This document shows, piece by piece, positions 34,765 through 49,600 of a DNA stretch of 58,055 nt. A program made the position numbers and the translations under genes. The first letter of the stretch is position 1, and each line of letters begins with the position of its first letter. The DNA comes from Craspedostauros australis (lineage: Eukaryota), in contig JALAGF010004520.1 of the NCBI GenBank assembly GCA_030167865.1, forward strand, positions 1-58,055, written 5' to 3'. The notes below the pieces were generated by a model, which was not told where the DNA came from, made no database searches, and was given only the letters and a program-made list of their open reading frames with translations.

Positions 34765-35849
34765 GTTGGTTTGATGGACGAGAGGAGTCTGTACTTGCGG
34801 CGTGATGGCGGAGTAGTGCGTAGCAGAAGGTATTCGTGCTGATCAGTGCGTGGTCAGCGGTTCGTGCTTTGCAACAGCTGTTCCTTGTGTTCTATCCTTG
34901 CCTGCGGTCTTTGTTCCGTGTCAACAGGTTCGATGCTTCGATTGCAGTGAACAATCCAAACGTCCGATGGTGTTCGATGTTGCTGATGACGGTATTGTTG
35001 ATGTTGCTGTCGCTGATGGCGTTGATGATGTTATGCGGCAGCGTATGGTGCTCCATGCAGGTATCAGTGTGCCACATCGTCTGCTTGGCTCCGATGACTT
35101 TTCTTTCCACAACTTTGGTCGTTTTGCTTTTCGTTGGCTGTCGTGTCATGGAGAAGACCAAACTCAATTGTCTTCACTCCAACGAACACCTGCGTGCGTA
35201 TCGTCAGAACACGCGGGAATAGGTCGTTCGTGAATAGGAGCGCACGTAATCGAAGATGTCGAAACGAATTCGGACAAATCGAATTGTTTGACCGAAACGA
35301 ACCATAGTACTGGAGTAGGCACATTATGACGCTTCTTTGCAGAATTCTCAGAACGAATGTCCGATTGAAGTGCCTGTTTCGTGGAAAGAAGAAAGGTGTC
35401 AAGAGAAAAATGGGGCGCTTGATGTCTGACTCCCTTTCGAACAATCGTCGCGGTTCGACGAGGATCAATGGATGAGCTTCCGTCTTGTGTGACTCGTGGT
35501 AGTACTGGAGGTGTTTGCGTGGCTCATAATTTCATAACTGGCGAGGCTGGCGCGCCCCTATCCCGAGTCACGGTCCTAGTCCCGTTAACCGTATCGACTC
35601 AATGGATCGATATGAGTCGTGTATCCCATCCACGTTTCGATCTGGATCTTGCTCTTTTTGCGCAATCGTGGTCTTTACGGTTGTACAGCCTCCAATTCTT
35701 GATATGCTTGCCTATTTGCTCCGGATGTTCCTTCATATGCTTCCGACTTGCTGGTGTGCCCCATGCGCCAGGGTGGCTTTTGATCGTCTATGCATTGCAT
35801 CTTCCATGCATTATTGGTCTTCGTCCTGAATATGCATAGTGCGGATGCG

Positions 35850-36182
35850 TTGGAGATACTTCAAGACAATTGCAGCCACATCAATATGCGTGTATCTGCG
35901 ACGTGCCAGATTACATTGACACAGGGTCACAGATCATTGATTGACAGGAAGAGCCTCGATGGATGGCTTCAAGACAGCGGCAAGTTGGGTGAAGGACTCC
36001 CTAGTCATACCAACAAAGTTGTAGAACTCCATAGCATCACCATGTTTGAGAATGCTTGCCAGAAGGTACTAGTGTCACAAGAGAAATCCCGAGCTCTAGT
36101 AGTGGCCTCTGTGCAAAGAAGTAGGCAAGTCGCTGTGGAGGTAGTCAGCGACAGCAAACATGAGAAGACACTGCTGTGCCAT
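35850..36182 (-). pseudogene. Harbinger-type transposase N-terminal relic; catalytic DDE core not seen
   Basis: Minus strand reads ...EFYNFVGMTRESFTQLAAVLKP...RRRYTHIDVAAIVLKYLQ with in-frame stops. This resembles the F..F.M.R..F..L and L...L.YL N-terminal motifs of HARBI1-like transposases. Confidence 0.65.
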
Positions 36183-36370
36183 AATTAGCTCATTTATGTT
36201 TATATCACAATGATTATAACTGCTAAGTCATGCGCCGACGGTGCTTTGATTCCACCTTGTTTATTCAAAGTATTAGCACGCTGCGGGAACGGAGTGAAGC
36301 TGAGTGATGGCTAGTGTGTGCAAGGTGATATTGTGGGACTGTTGGCTGCCGTTGCAGACAGGTGGTTCGA

Positions 36371-36850
36371 TCATGAGCTGGGGTCAGCGTCCTTTCGCTG
36401 ATGCAACTGGAGCATCCAATTGACGAGCACTTTCGAAGCTTGGGGGGCGGCGTCTCCGAGGCCTGATCTCATAGCTTGGGTCCAGTCAGACAGTGCCGCC
36501 GTTTGATGTGAAGGGGGAGGCCGCTCCCAAAGGGTTCGGAGCACCGCTGGGACGTCTGCAGGCGGTAGTGCTTGGAGCTGTAGGGCCTGTTCCTGGAAGA
36601 GCGCAATCATGTCATCAGCCATCTGCTCCGCCTTTGCTGAGTTGCGATCTTGCCATTGCTCCAGGGCTGTGTGCCAGAGTAGATTAGTAACACTGGCCTG
36701 CCAGTCACATAGAAGGCAGAGTGCTCATCGGTGCGCTTGCTGGCCCATGGGAGGCGCATGCTCACGCCAAAGGGAGGCCCATCCGCCCCATACTATGGTT
36801 GTCCATCCTACTGCTGCCTGCTGTAGCTGAATATGTTTGGTGGGCGAATC
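36371..36850 (-). pseudogene. Fragment resembling the C-terminal domain of a diatom non-LTR retrotransposon (Ambal-like) ORF2
   Basis: Minus strand reads QQAAVGWTTIVWGGWASLW...*...WQASVTNLLWHTALEQWQDRN, i.e. the Q..[IV]GW....G.W...W and LW......W..RN pattern. Confidence 0.55.
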
Positions 36851-37324
36851 ACAGATGCCGGAAGGGGGGATGCCACCTGTGGAGACGCGGACGAGCGCTG
36901 TGCACAGAAGCTGGGCAACTGGAGAAGGAGTAGTGGGCGGTCGCACATGTCATGAGTTGCTCAGCGATGATGATGAGGATGGTAGAGGTGGCTATCTCGT
37001 GGCGGCGTTGGAGGAAAGAGGAACAATCCATTCTGATAAAGCAGATGCCAATACTATAAAAGGAAACGCTAATCATACTACAATTCTAGGAACAAGCTAT
37101 ATGACAGAAGAGCACAGCGTGCATGAAAGGAGATGGACAAATGACACATGTCGATGGTAGAAACAAGGGAGGAAGTAGAGGGTAGCACGACGATACATGC
37201 ACAACAGAGGTTATGAAAACTGATGCCAACGCATGCGAGGGAGGAAATCACAAAAAACTCCCAAATTGCCGTTGGAGGAGCGATTTGAGAGGAAGACAGG
37301 AGATGAGATCTCGACGAAAAGTGA

Positions 37325-37370
37325 GAGTTGAGTTATGAACGCTCTTTTTGGGGCGTTCATAACTCAACTC
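37325..37370. repeat. Subterminal inverted repeat with an 18-bp perfect stem and 10-nt loop
   Basis: gagttgagttatgaacgc-tctttttggg-gcgttcataactcaactc. Confidence 0.9.
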
Positions 37371-37725
37371 CAGGATTTCATAATTTTTTCGATTGACGTT
37401 ATACGCTCGTTTCGGTCCTGGTCACCCCCTGTTCAGAAGGTATCTTGTGTTCATAATGGAGTGATCTGATTGGCTTAGAAGCCGATATTATGAAATTATG
37501 AGCCACGCAAACACCTCCACTCATGGCACCAACGGAACATGATGAGGTCATTGTTCACAAGAGAGCGAAGAAGATCCACGGCGCTTCATCGCAACACGCG
37601 GCACAAAACAAGAGACGACCATACAATCTTCCCAAGTTCCCACAACTCCGGAGAAAGGGCATCAAACATCCAAGCCCAAGGCCAACCATTATAAAATATA
37701 ATACAATAGTGCTGACAATTCGAAG

Positions 37726-39394
<1,669 letters not shown>

Positions 39395-39852
39395 CTGTGC
39401 CTCTGATTGGCCAAAGCGTTGGCCAACGACAATCGAAGCAGACCCCTCCGGATGCTTCATATAATACCTTCGTGGGAGACAACTGAACCAGCATCAAATC
39501 CATATTTACATCCGAAGATGCGGCGCAGCTCCCTCGCGATGGGCCACCCACCCAGCATGATATGATCATCGAACATGAAGGCGAAGGTCAGGGCCAGACT
39601 CGTAGACCACAATTACGTAAGAATTCTTGAGAACAAACGCATGTTACCTGTACGAGTATAGTGTGCGTCCCTGTGTCCGTTTGTGTTGTCTCGGTGTTTC
39701 TTCGTGCTCTCAGTTCGGTCAGTGCAAACTTTGGTATCCACACCCAGTCACGATGCACGAGTAAGAGAACAGGAGTGCTACCACAAGTAGGACAGAAGCA
39801 ACTAACCTTCCGTAGAGTACCGGCAAGCCCGACTCCAAACTGTGCCCCTGCT

Positions 39853-42800
39853 TCAGCACTTCTTCTCCTGTGTGCCTTGCAGCTGCAATGTGACCTTGAC
39901 CAAGTGGGATGCCAACTGTCCACTGTCAGACTGCAACAGCCCCACAGAGACTGGGCCGTTGCCGAGCAGTGGCAAAGTCGCCTGGATTTTCAAATCGCAG
40001 CTCTTCCATGCTAATGGTCTGGATGCCTTTGTGAATCTTAGAAATTGCAGCACTCCAGGCTTGTAGTCAGCATCATTGTCGAGCACAGCATCGCCATGGC
40101 TGGTCGCATCATTTTGGGTGTCTGTCCTGACCGTAGTACTTTTCAGTGACGGCGCTTTCAAGTAGTATTCGATGTGGCCATTCATGAAAGATTCCATTGA
40201 GGGGACGGCCTTTTGTGACAATTTTGCCTTGGCCATCTCGTCGCCAGAGGAGCTCGATGCTGGCGCTGATGATGACATCTGCTGCGATATCTCGCAAGAA
40301 ACTTGCCATGGGCCGACCTGTACCGCATTTTCTTTGGAGTAGCGAACGACTGTGACAAGCAAAGGTGGAGGTTTGCAGAATCTACTGATGAGAATCGATT
40401 TGAAGGGGTTCGTGTTGCTGTCGATGCCTTCCTTGCATGGCTGATTCATGAGAGCTTCCCAATTGTCCATCACACGCACCTTCATATTGATCCTCACACA
40501 TATGATACTCGTGTGATCGCATCACATCTACCCACGCACACTCACGTACACTAACACGGACACACTCGTACACAAATAATATCGCATGTGCATACTCATA
40601 CATGCAAGAATGCCACAGATCTGCTGTGCTTACCTTGCCCATCCACATCGTACAGATCAGCCTTGCGAAATGGGAAGCTAGACGGATAGAACACGAAAAT
40701 GCGACCTTTCGCGTCCATGTAAACCGCGTAATCCTTCCGGCATTGAAGCCAACCTGCCTTGATCCCCGTTGACTGAAAAGATGATCCATTTGTTTGCTTC
40801 GAACCTTTGCGTTTCCGATTGCGCTGATTTGCTCTAGCCGCATTCTCCTGGTTCGATGTCTTGGACGATGATGGCTCACGATGTGTCTTTTGTTGATGCT
40901 GCTGCTGTGGCTGCTTCTGGGTTTGCACTCCTGTGACGCGTTCCAAGAATGACGCCACGCTCCTGTCGCTGAACATGCCCAATCCCGCGCTGTGCAAGGC
41001 CTCTCGCAGCACCAGCTTCCAAAAGAACGGCGAGTGATCTCGGAATGGCTTGGTTTCGAACATTATTCCCATCGGCTTGCGCACGATTGACTTGAGGAAG
41101 GGATCGAACACTCTGTCTTGGAGCAGCTTTCGGCAGTCGTCGCTTTCGATGGCTAGTGAACTGAGGTTGTTCATGCTCCCTTCACCGTAGATCTCCTCCA
41201 GCAGCGGCAAGAGCTTGTTGCGCAACTTCCCGCGGGTTGACCAGTGCGGCGTTGTATCTGTGTGCAGTCAAGCAGATTGTTGGACACGGCATTCCGATAC
41301 AGTCACACCAACGCAGAATGTGTCAGATTGAGCGCAAATGCGAGTTTAGTGGCGCAGAGCGGTGGATGCCAGTGTACACAGAGTGTCAGACAAAGCATAC
41401 AATGTTGCACAACTTCGTCGATGATCGAACGAACTGAGAGTGACATCTCAAGATGGAGGAGGTTGGCTGCGTGTCCACTCATCACGACGATCAGCCACGG
41501 ACATGCATGCACGCATATTCGTCCACACGATGGCAACAGATTGGTAGACGCATTGACTTACCCTTGAAGTACGGCACACCGTACTTGTGCGCGTAGTCAC
41601 TAATGGACGTCTTCTCCAACGCTAGCAGCGGGCGGTAAATCGTGACCCCATTGTTGATGGAGACAGCTGTCATACCTGACAGATCCAGCGGACCGCAACC
41701 CTTGTGGGCATTGGAAAGCACATTTTCTCGCAAATCTCCTCGGTGATGACCAAGCATGACGCCTACTGTCGTTGGACCCGAGCCTGCCGTAGGATCGTTG
41801 CCATGCAGGGACGCCACATGCTCCTTGCATTCGGCAATCACCTTGCGATAGCTCATATATCGGATTTCACGTGATACCTGTTCGTATTCATCACGTGCGG
41901 CGATGCCACGCGTCACTTCGCCGATCCTTCTGCAATCAAAGCCAATGCCTATCTGATTGCAATATCGCTCCACGAAGTCGGCCTCAGCCCCTGATTCCGG
42001 ACGGTTGGCATAGTCGATATGGACGCCGACAACGTGCAGATTGTAATCGCAGCTGGTGCGGAGGTAAGAGAGTGCGGAGGCGATCACCATGCTGTCAACG
42101 CCGCCAGACAGAGAGACGATGATGGGAGTAGGCAGTTCCGTGTTCGGTTGCACGCCCTCTCGTGTCAAGAAATCGATGATCGTCTTGACTACTGGATGAT
42201 TCTTGGCCTCTTTCATGTCAGCCTCGAATGGGAAGACTTCCAATATTTCCTCATCAGTGAAGGTGCCATCGACTGGGGAAGTCCCTTGCTGTTCCTTGTC
42301 ATCTACCTGATTCTTGTAGTTGCTGCTGCTGTTCGTGGTGGTGGTGGTGGAGGCGGCGATGTTCGAAGCGGCTTCTGCCGTCGTTGATAGGGTCGTAGCA
42401 AATCGGTTCGATGTCTCGCTCTTCATCTTCCCCACACGCCTTGCCTCGTCTTGAAGCACGGCCATGCGTCTGTTGGTGGCTTTGCGGAATCGGCTCAGCA
42501 TGGCCTCCATCTGGCCGTTCCTATCGGTACATTTATCAATCCAACCCTGCACGAATTGGACGCTTTCGACAGTGCTCGCATGGCGGAAGGGCATGAGGCT
42601 GAAGATGACCATGGGCAGCGGTAGCATGCCGCACTCGATTTCGTTCTTGTGATTGTCAAATAGGCGCTGCGCTGTTTGGAATGCGATCAAGTCGAGGTCG
42701 ACTTGGTACGGCATGTCGATGCTGGTCCTCCCGCATTCATTCTCCGCATGGACGTACCGATGGATGTGGCGAGAGAACTGATCGAGGACGATGATGGCGG

Positions 42801-43572
42801 CCACCTTGCCATGGATCCCGTAGATCTGCTGGTCATCCTTCGCCCATTCTTTCCATCGCGAACCCGGTGTCGTCGTCGTCGTCGTCGTTTGGCAGTACAG
42901 TTCGAGCAGAAGGCCGCCGAATCGTTCGGTGATCTCCCGGTCCACGCGACTGCGCAGGTCCGTCGATGACGATGCAATCATCCACAGATTCTTCTGCGAT
43001 TCTTTGGGCGTGTACTGCCCGTACCAGTACTTGAGCACTTCCTGGATCAACCGCTGATTTTCAGCGATGCGCTCAGCTGAGGTCGAGTATGCGGAAGATG
43101 ATGGCTGCGGCGATGGCAGTGATGAAGAGTTCTGATGCAGCAGGGTGCCCTTCGTTGACGTGTCATCATGACGACCGGCTGCATGACGGCCATGCCACTC
43201 GTCATCGTCATCTTCCCCAACAGCGCGATCCATGGAGTATCCCGCTTTATCAGTGCCTTGCGACGCCAGCAGCTGAGATGGTGGCTCCAAGCGCAGCAGG
43301 GAGAACAGGCCTGAGCGCTCAAGCCATGCCAACATCCTTCTACCGGTTCCGATCTGGGAGATCCACGTCCACAGCGCCCGTCGATCACGATTGCCATCCT
43401 TACGCCAAAAGCGTATCAAGAAGAGCAGAGCCGCGACTCCAAGCGCAGCTGGTCCACCCCGTGCGGCGGAGCTATCAAGGCCTTCTCCCAAGGCATTCGA
43501 GGACATGGAGGACCTTGAATGGGTGAGGTAGGAGTTGCGCCGCAACGGCGCGAACGGTGATTGCGCTGTCAT
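39853..43572 (-). CDS. tilS: DUF924-like domain fused to a tRNA(Ile)-lysidine synthase-like PP-loop domain; exons 43572-41562, 41257-40634, 40349-39853
   Basis: DUF924-like VLKYWYG...DREITERFG...IIVLDQFSRHIHR...LMPFRH; PP-loop SLSGGVDS, HIDYANR, GHHRGD..EN, RPLL and KDTTPHWSTRGKLRNKLLP. Phase-1 GT-AG introns restore frame. Confidence 0.85.
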
Positions 43573-45889
43573 TGTCAACGTCGATTCCAACGCCAATGCT
43601 CATGCCACGTCTCAAGTGGCAGTGTCTGCAATGGCAAGCTGCTCACAATGCCCCCGAATGTGTTGTCGCTTGATCACAGCTGAGAATCGAGCGCTTAGGT
43701 CTTCTCCAGTGCGGCATGTACGGCACGAGCAAGAGTATCAGTGATGATCCAACCAGCGAGTCTCTTTCGGTTGGTTCGTTGCTTGCGGTATCTTGCGGTT
43801 GGTTATGGTTGGTTGCATTTGTGATGTCTTCGTGTGGAGACAGCCACAACCGAAATGCGCGGTCGTCCCGCGAGCGCGTTTGCACACAGTTCCTCTTGTG
43901 TTCGGACGAGCTGGTTGGTTCATTGATTGATTACCTCTTTGTTAGGTCGAAATGGACAACGTGATAGTATTTATTTAGAATGCACATATTTGCGCATATG
44001 TATGATCACCGGATACGATACTCCACATGTTTAGTACCGTTGGTACTCTTGACTGCTTCGTTGTGCGACCCTGTCCGATACAGACAGTCTCGTTCGTTAT
44101 TGTTTGTTCTGCAATTCTCCATAAAGACGATCATTAGTCCGATACAAAGTGATGAAACAAACACAATTCGATGAAGACATCGTTCGCTGTCATCTGTGCC
44201 CAAACCAAATTGTCATATATTCAGTCCGTCCATCAGACGATGAGGCCGACATGCAAAAAGGAGAATTCTCTCAGCACAGACATCTTTGTACACATGGCGG
44301 CTTCACACCACGAGGGGCTGTAGAGTAGGTATCATACCATATGCGCCATGCATATATGCAACAGTTGTACCTGCTTTGTTGGCTTCCTTGGTGGTGAGTA
44401 TTGGCGACAGGAACCGAAGAATGGTGTCTTGATCGTGGTGCTCTGCAAACAGCAAAAGGTCTTGAATGCTCGCTGGTGTTGTCGAATTCAAAAGTGTGCA
44501 ATCGTGATCGTATCAGCATGGCATGTCCCAGTTCGGAACCAGAGGGCCACCCTTGTCTCGGATGGCAGACATGAAGAATGAGCAGAGGGGCTGCTCACAC
44601 GACCGATGGAGACGGAACTAGGAGCCTCCTTGGATTCCGACAGATGCCGCTCCCCGTTCTCTCTCGTTCCACAGGATCAATCCAAGACCAAGCCTGATTT
44701 GTGCACATGGTCCACAAAATCCTAAACGGCATTTGACATTTGCTCTGGAAGTGTCGCGAGAGCATACCAACGAGAAAACAGATCTCTTGGCCAAGACAAT
44801 GACAAATCACCATTCGATCACCCTTGTGCACAAGGAGGGCAGTGGTTGGGAAGGATCATTCCATGGGATACAATCAGCTGCAATTAAAAAATCAAAGGGA
44901 CAGCAAAGCAAGTAGAAGCCAAGGGAAGAAGTAGCAAGTGTCTCGCAAGAGTACAGAGTTGAACACTGACCACCGACCACCAACCACCGACCACCAACCA
45001 ACAGGCAGCAAGCAACAAGCAACACATGACCACCACGCTGCCGTGCGGTACACCATTGAGTGATCCTGTCTCTGGATGAAGACAGCCTCCCCAGATGGCG
45101 GTTTTCCTTGACAATCTCTCTCTCTCTCGTGCCACGGAATGTTATTCAATCTGTCTCTTCTACGTCCCGGATCTTGGGCAAGAATGAGGATCTTGCGTGG
45201 TTATGTGGAGATTAAGCAAGAAGAATGGGAAATTCTCCATTGTCTCCGGAAGCGGATTTCCTTTCGTTGGTGCTGTTCCTTGGTTTGGTTGCGCAGGGAG
45301 AGGCGCATTGATGTTTCTGCCTCAATCCATCATTCCATGTCACAATTGGGGCAAGACGCATGGATACTTTCCTCTCGTCCCTCCTTTATCAGAGGTAGTC
45401 ACTCTTGTGCGGCTTCTGTTGCCGCTGCCACTCTCTTGGATGCTGGAGATACAAGCGCTCATGGCATGGAATTGCACAAACTGTTTGGATGGGAATGGCA
45501 ATGTGAGTCATCGAACTCTGCATTCGTCATGTCGCGCGGTTGAAGACGACTCACAGCACCATGGCGTGACGAGCCGAGAGATCGCATGGTACAAAATGGC
45601 GCGTTGCACACTCACATGCGAAAACTCGTAGCTCGCAGAGTGATGTGCTCTTGTCCCCAATAGCAAGTGTGGTGATGCTGACATTGACTGATACTTGGCA
45701 AGAGATGGTGTGTGGGTTCGTTTTGTGAGCGGCGTAGGGTTCGATTCGTCCTCTTGTATGTGTGTGCGTATTTGTCTGATTGTGTCGAATTTGTCTTTCC
45801 TCCGCTGTTGGTCGTTGCCTTCTTCTTTGCGGTTGCCGCTGGCTGAACAAGATCCCTCTTTGATTGCTACGCCGTGCCTCTCACAACCT

Positions 45890-46680
45890 GAGATATCCCT
45901 TGTCTATCCCCTGCTGTGGCAGTGTGTGCATGTTGGAAATCTGGGGTACCCCAGTCTCTAGTAGTAGTCTCTGGTTACCTATTCATGTTATTGCATTGTT
46001 GGAACTGTGAGTACAACATCTCCATTTCTTTCAATTCCATTTGCCAAAGCATACATCATCCACAGTAGCACACAGTCTCGCCCTTGCTCATGTAGTGCTG
46101 TCCCTCTGCTTCATCATGTCATGCATCATGTACTTCATGTACAGTTCATCTTGCAGCATTGATGCATCCCATCATGCATCTCAGATATTCCATCTCCTGC
46201 TCTCTACCAATAGTTTTGTTAGTGTAGACAGCGTTGATTCACAGGCATTCTTGACTCACTTCAATTGATGAGATTGCCATCTCCATGTTTCACAAAAGAG
46301 CTTGGACAATTGCTCCCAGTCTTCTCATCCTGGGACATCTCTGATACTTCACTGATACTTTACCAATCCATCACCAGTTTGTCATCAGGGATTCGTTCAC
46401 AGGCCATCTCACACTTCGTTGCACCATCCATCTTCGAATCCTCCTTTTCTTGTTTGTTGCGACATAGGGTCTGTAGTCTCATGTATCATGATGCTGGTCA
46501 TGAAACCAACATCCCTGCCCCCTGTGACATACATGTGTGATTCCTGTTCCTGCATTGAGGTCACGAATGTCATAGTTTGGTTTGCATTTGGCACATGGTG
46601 TTCTCCTCCACAAGACGCATGTAGCTCACATTTTCTGTCACAAAGATCCAAATTGGGAGTCGCGGTAATATAAAATTCAA
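45890..46680. mobile_element. Unclassified CpG-depleted repeat/transposon relic
   Basis: Very few CG and abundant TG/CA dinucleotides relative to the flanking DNA; no intact ORF; family not recognised. Confidence 0.4.
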
Positions 46681-49600
46681 AATGCTCAACTCCACTCTAG
46701 TGGGAGGTGCGACAATTTGGTGTTTCAGTACACCCGATTCCTGACATGCGCAAGCCACGCGTACGAGGACAGCATGGTGTAGAAGTGTATGTGGGTGGGT
46801 GGGTGGAAATGTGCAGTTGGAAGCGCCAAACGCAGCAAGATCGATGTCACGATTGTCACCTGCAAGAATGTCTTGTTTCGTCCTCACGGCTTCGCTTCTT
46901 CCACTGGCATGGCGATTCCGTCCTCGCATTTATCCGGTGACGCCCCATGATGGGCTTCTCCTCTCTGTGGTTGTCTTGTGATTTGCGCAATCGGGCTTTG
47001 TCTTGACCTTCGGATGTTGGCCGTTTTGTCCCCTGTGGCAGGAACAGGGTCTTGCTTGGACAATCCTGAGGATGGGCATGACAAAAAGAAGAGACGAGCT
47101 GGATGATCCCAGATGAAACCACCCAGGGGTACTAGTCTGTTTGCGCTTGGACGAAGATGTGCTCTACGAGCGCGTAGATGTGTGAGTGCTGATACTGGCA
47201 ACATGTGCACACGTATCCTTGCATTTGGTACGTGCCTTCCCATCGCTTTGGACAGATCGCATTTGGGCTCTGTGCGGGTACTCTCAGCTCGTAGGCCCAA
47301 CACCCCTCCACCAAGCTTGTTTGTGGTGCTGGTGGAGACGGCATCGCTGCGGCACACACGCAGTAACGAACAATCAGGACATACCACCAATCCTGCCAAT
47401 GTGCGAGGCCAAGAGCCAGGAGGTATGCAAGGTATGCACATGGTGCCCCCATGCATGCGATTACCCAAACCGCAAAAGCAGAGGCAAAGTTCGGTTGTCA
47501 CCACAACAGAGATAGCAACAGGTACAATAACTTATATAGCGCGGCTGTGGTGCGATTGTGTTCCTTTGGGGGACATGGATGTCTACAAGGGTATGCAGGC
47601 ATGTGCAAGAACGAAGGGACGAACGGGAATCCGATAATGTGTGAACAAAGGAAGGGAGACTGAGAGAGTCCATCCACTCCGCACGAGTAGTCGTACGTGA
47701 TGTGGTGCTATGTCGACCGTGGGCCATTCTCTCCCGTGCGTCTTTCATGCTCTCTGACAACCCGCCACGAGGGTTTGAGAAAGACGGGCCCTGTGGCACG
47801 CACCCTTGACGATGGGCCCAAGAGACGCGGTTTCGCTGTTGTTGATTTTCGCTTCCTTTTCGAACGTTGCATCTATGCAACCTGTACGAGGAGAGAGAGA
47901 GAGAGAGAGAGGGTACACTCCCTCCCCGTACTCCACTCGGCCTTCCAGACAACTCGCTTCCTTCCCCGCCGCACCTTCGATAAACGACATGTCTGGAGAT
48001 GGAGAACCTCCGTGTGGAGAGTGCCATTGGTCGTATAGTACTCGTATACGTACATCGGTCGGCCGTCTTTTCGTTGCCCAAAGCTGATGTCGAGACACGT
48101 ACCCATGATGCGACAGATCCAGCGCCTTTCAGAATCCAGGAGCAGCCAGGTCCATGGCAGTTTACGATCTCCTCAAGTTGCTCTCCTCCCTTGACGTCTT
48201 CGTCGGACAAGGAGCACAAGGCAGATCACGTCCAGACATGTGTGAGTGTGTACATGCTACTACTCTGCATACGAGTAGAGCGTGGCAGGTCCGTTCTTGC
48301 GCACTTTCCTCGCCAACGAGGCTCCACGTCTCAAGGATTAATACATCCATCAGGGCTACGTGGATCTCTGGGACCCGCCAACCCTTAATACACCGTATTC
48401 TGCAGCACCCGTGGCGCAATAGAGTCCAGACTGTTCACTCGGACCGTGACCTCATCGTAATCGTGCATGTTTTCACGATTTCCTTCCTCTCTGCCGTACG
48501 AATAGTTCCACGAAATGAAACGATGTGAAGCGAGTTGCAGATAGGGTGCAATATGTAATAGTGTTGCTAGTCTATAGCTGGTTTATTTTACAAGATTGTA
48601 CCGCCATGCCAATTGCAAGTACATAGCGATGATGGATGTTGTTGGAGTTGGCCACACTCCACGGCAGAGTGGAAATCCAGTCTGCGAGTATGCAATTTAA
48701 CCGCATGCTCTTTGATCTGATTCTGTTGCTTTCTGGGTGTTGGCGATGCATGCTTCCCTTGCGTCAAGACCGAAAACGACGCCAGGGAGACTCATTGGTG
48801 TGTATGGCGTGGCTTGGCATGTCTGGCTGAACTCAAGATGTACCAATGCACGCCGTGCGTGTCTCGCGTTATGCATTGCTCTGCCTCGGATGGCAAGAAT
48901 ACCAAGTATGGCATGAGCACTCGTGGCATTAGCAAGAGAGTAGTAGAGCTTGTGCCGTGTGTTATATCCAACGATATTGCACGACACTGCATCATTCCAC
49001 GCCACGCCATAGCCGCATCGCGTGGAACAGCCAGCTTCATCCGATGATTGCGAATCGGCTGGCAAGTAGCGCACCATCGCATGTGCAAGTATCAACGCGG
49101 CACCCGTTGGCAAGAGACGATTGCCAACACCAGCGAGCAAGATGAGAAGCTTGCTGAGCTCTTTCTCCATGCCAACTTGTCCGTGCAGCCCTTGCAGATG
49201 TTGCAAGTAAGCATGATGTCAACTCATCATCGCGCATCATCTGAGGACGGTGCATCGCTGGTCCGTGCTGAGCTCATGAAAGTCTCGTCTCCAATATCTT
49301 GCTTGGCCTCATGACGAACGTGTCGTTGCATGCAGATGTGAATGTGCATGCTCGAGTGATGTTGGGTTGGTACGAGATGAAGCATGACCTGGGTGATGGC
49401 CAAGGCCCTTCGATCTCCGCATTGGTTCCATCCTCACCTTGGCCTGAGCAATTGTCATTGTCCATCCTCCATCGCCTTCTCTCTCGAGTGCTTTTGTGGT
49501 ACCTGTGCTCGCATGTAGTGTTTGTTTCTGGCCAAGAGAAAGAGTCGCATTGACTATGCACTCATCCACGCATCCATCCGTCTCTCATCTGGGCTCGAAA

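Larger units (their letters stand above)
35507..37518 (-). mobile_element. Non-autonomous PIF/Harbinger-like DNA transposon, 2012 bp
   Basis: Perfect 31-bp TIRs GGAGGTGTTTGCGTGGCTCATAATTTCATAA (35507-35537 and 37488-37518), with ACT immediately outside both ends, and an internal transposase relic. Confidence 0.88.

Noticed and set aside
35507-37518. Fanzor/TnpB-type nuclease cargo in the DNA transposon
   Set aside because: No RuvC motifs or C-terminal zinc finger seen in the readings examined.
45735-45750. tRNA B-box-like GGTTCGATTC (also near 53610)
   Set aside because: No cloverleaf or A box around either site.
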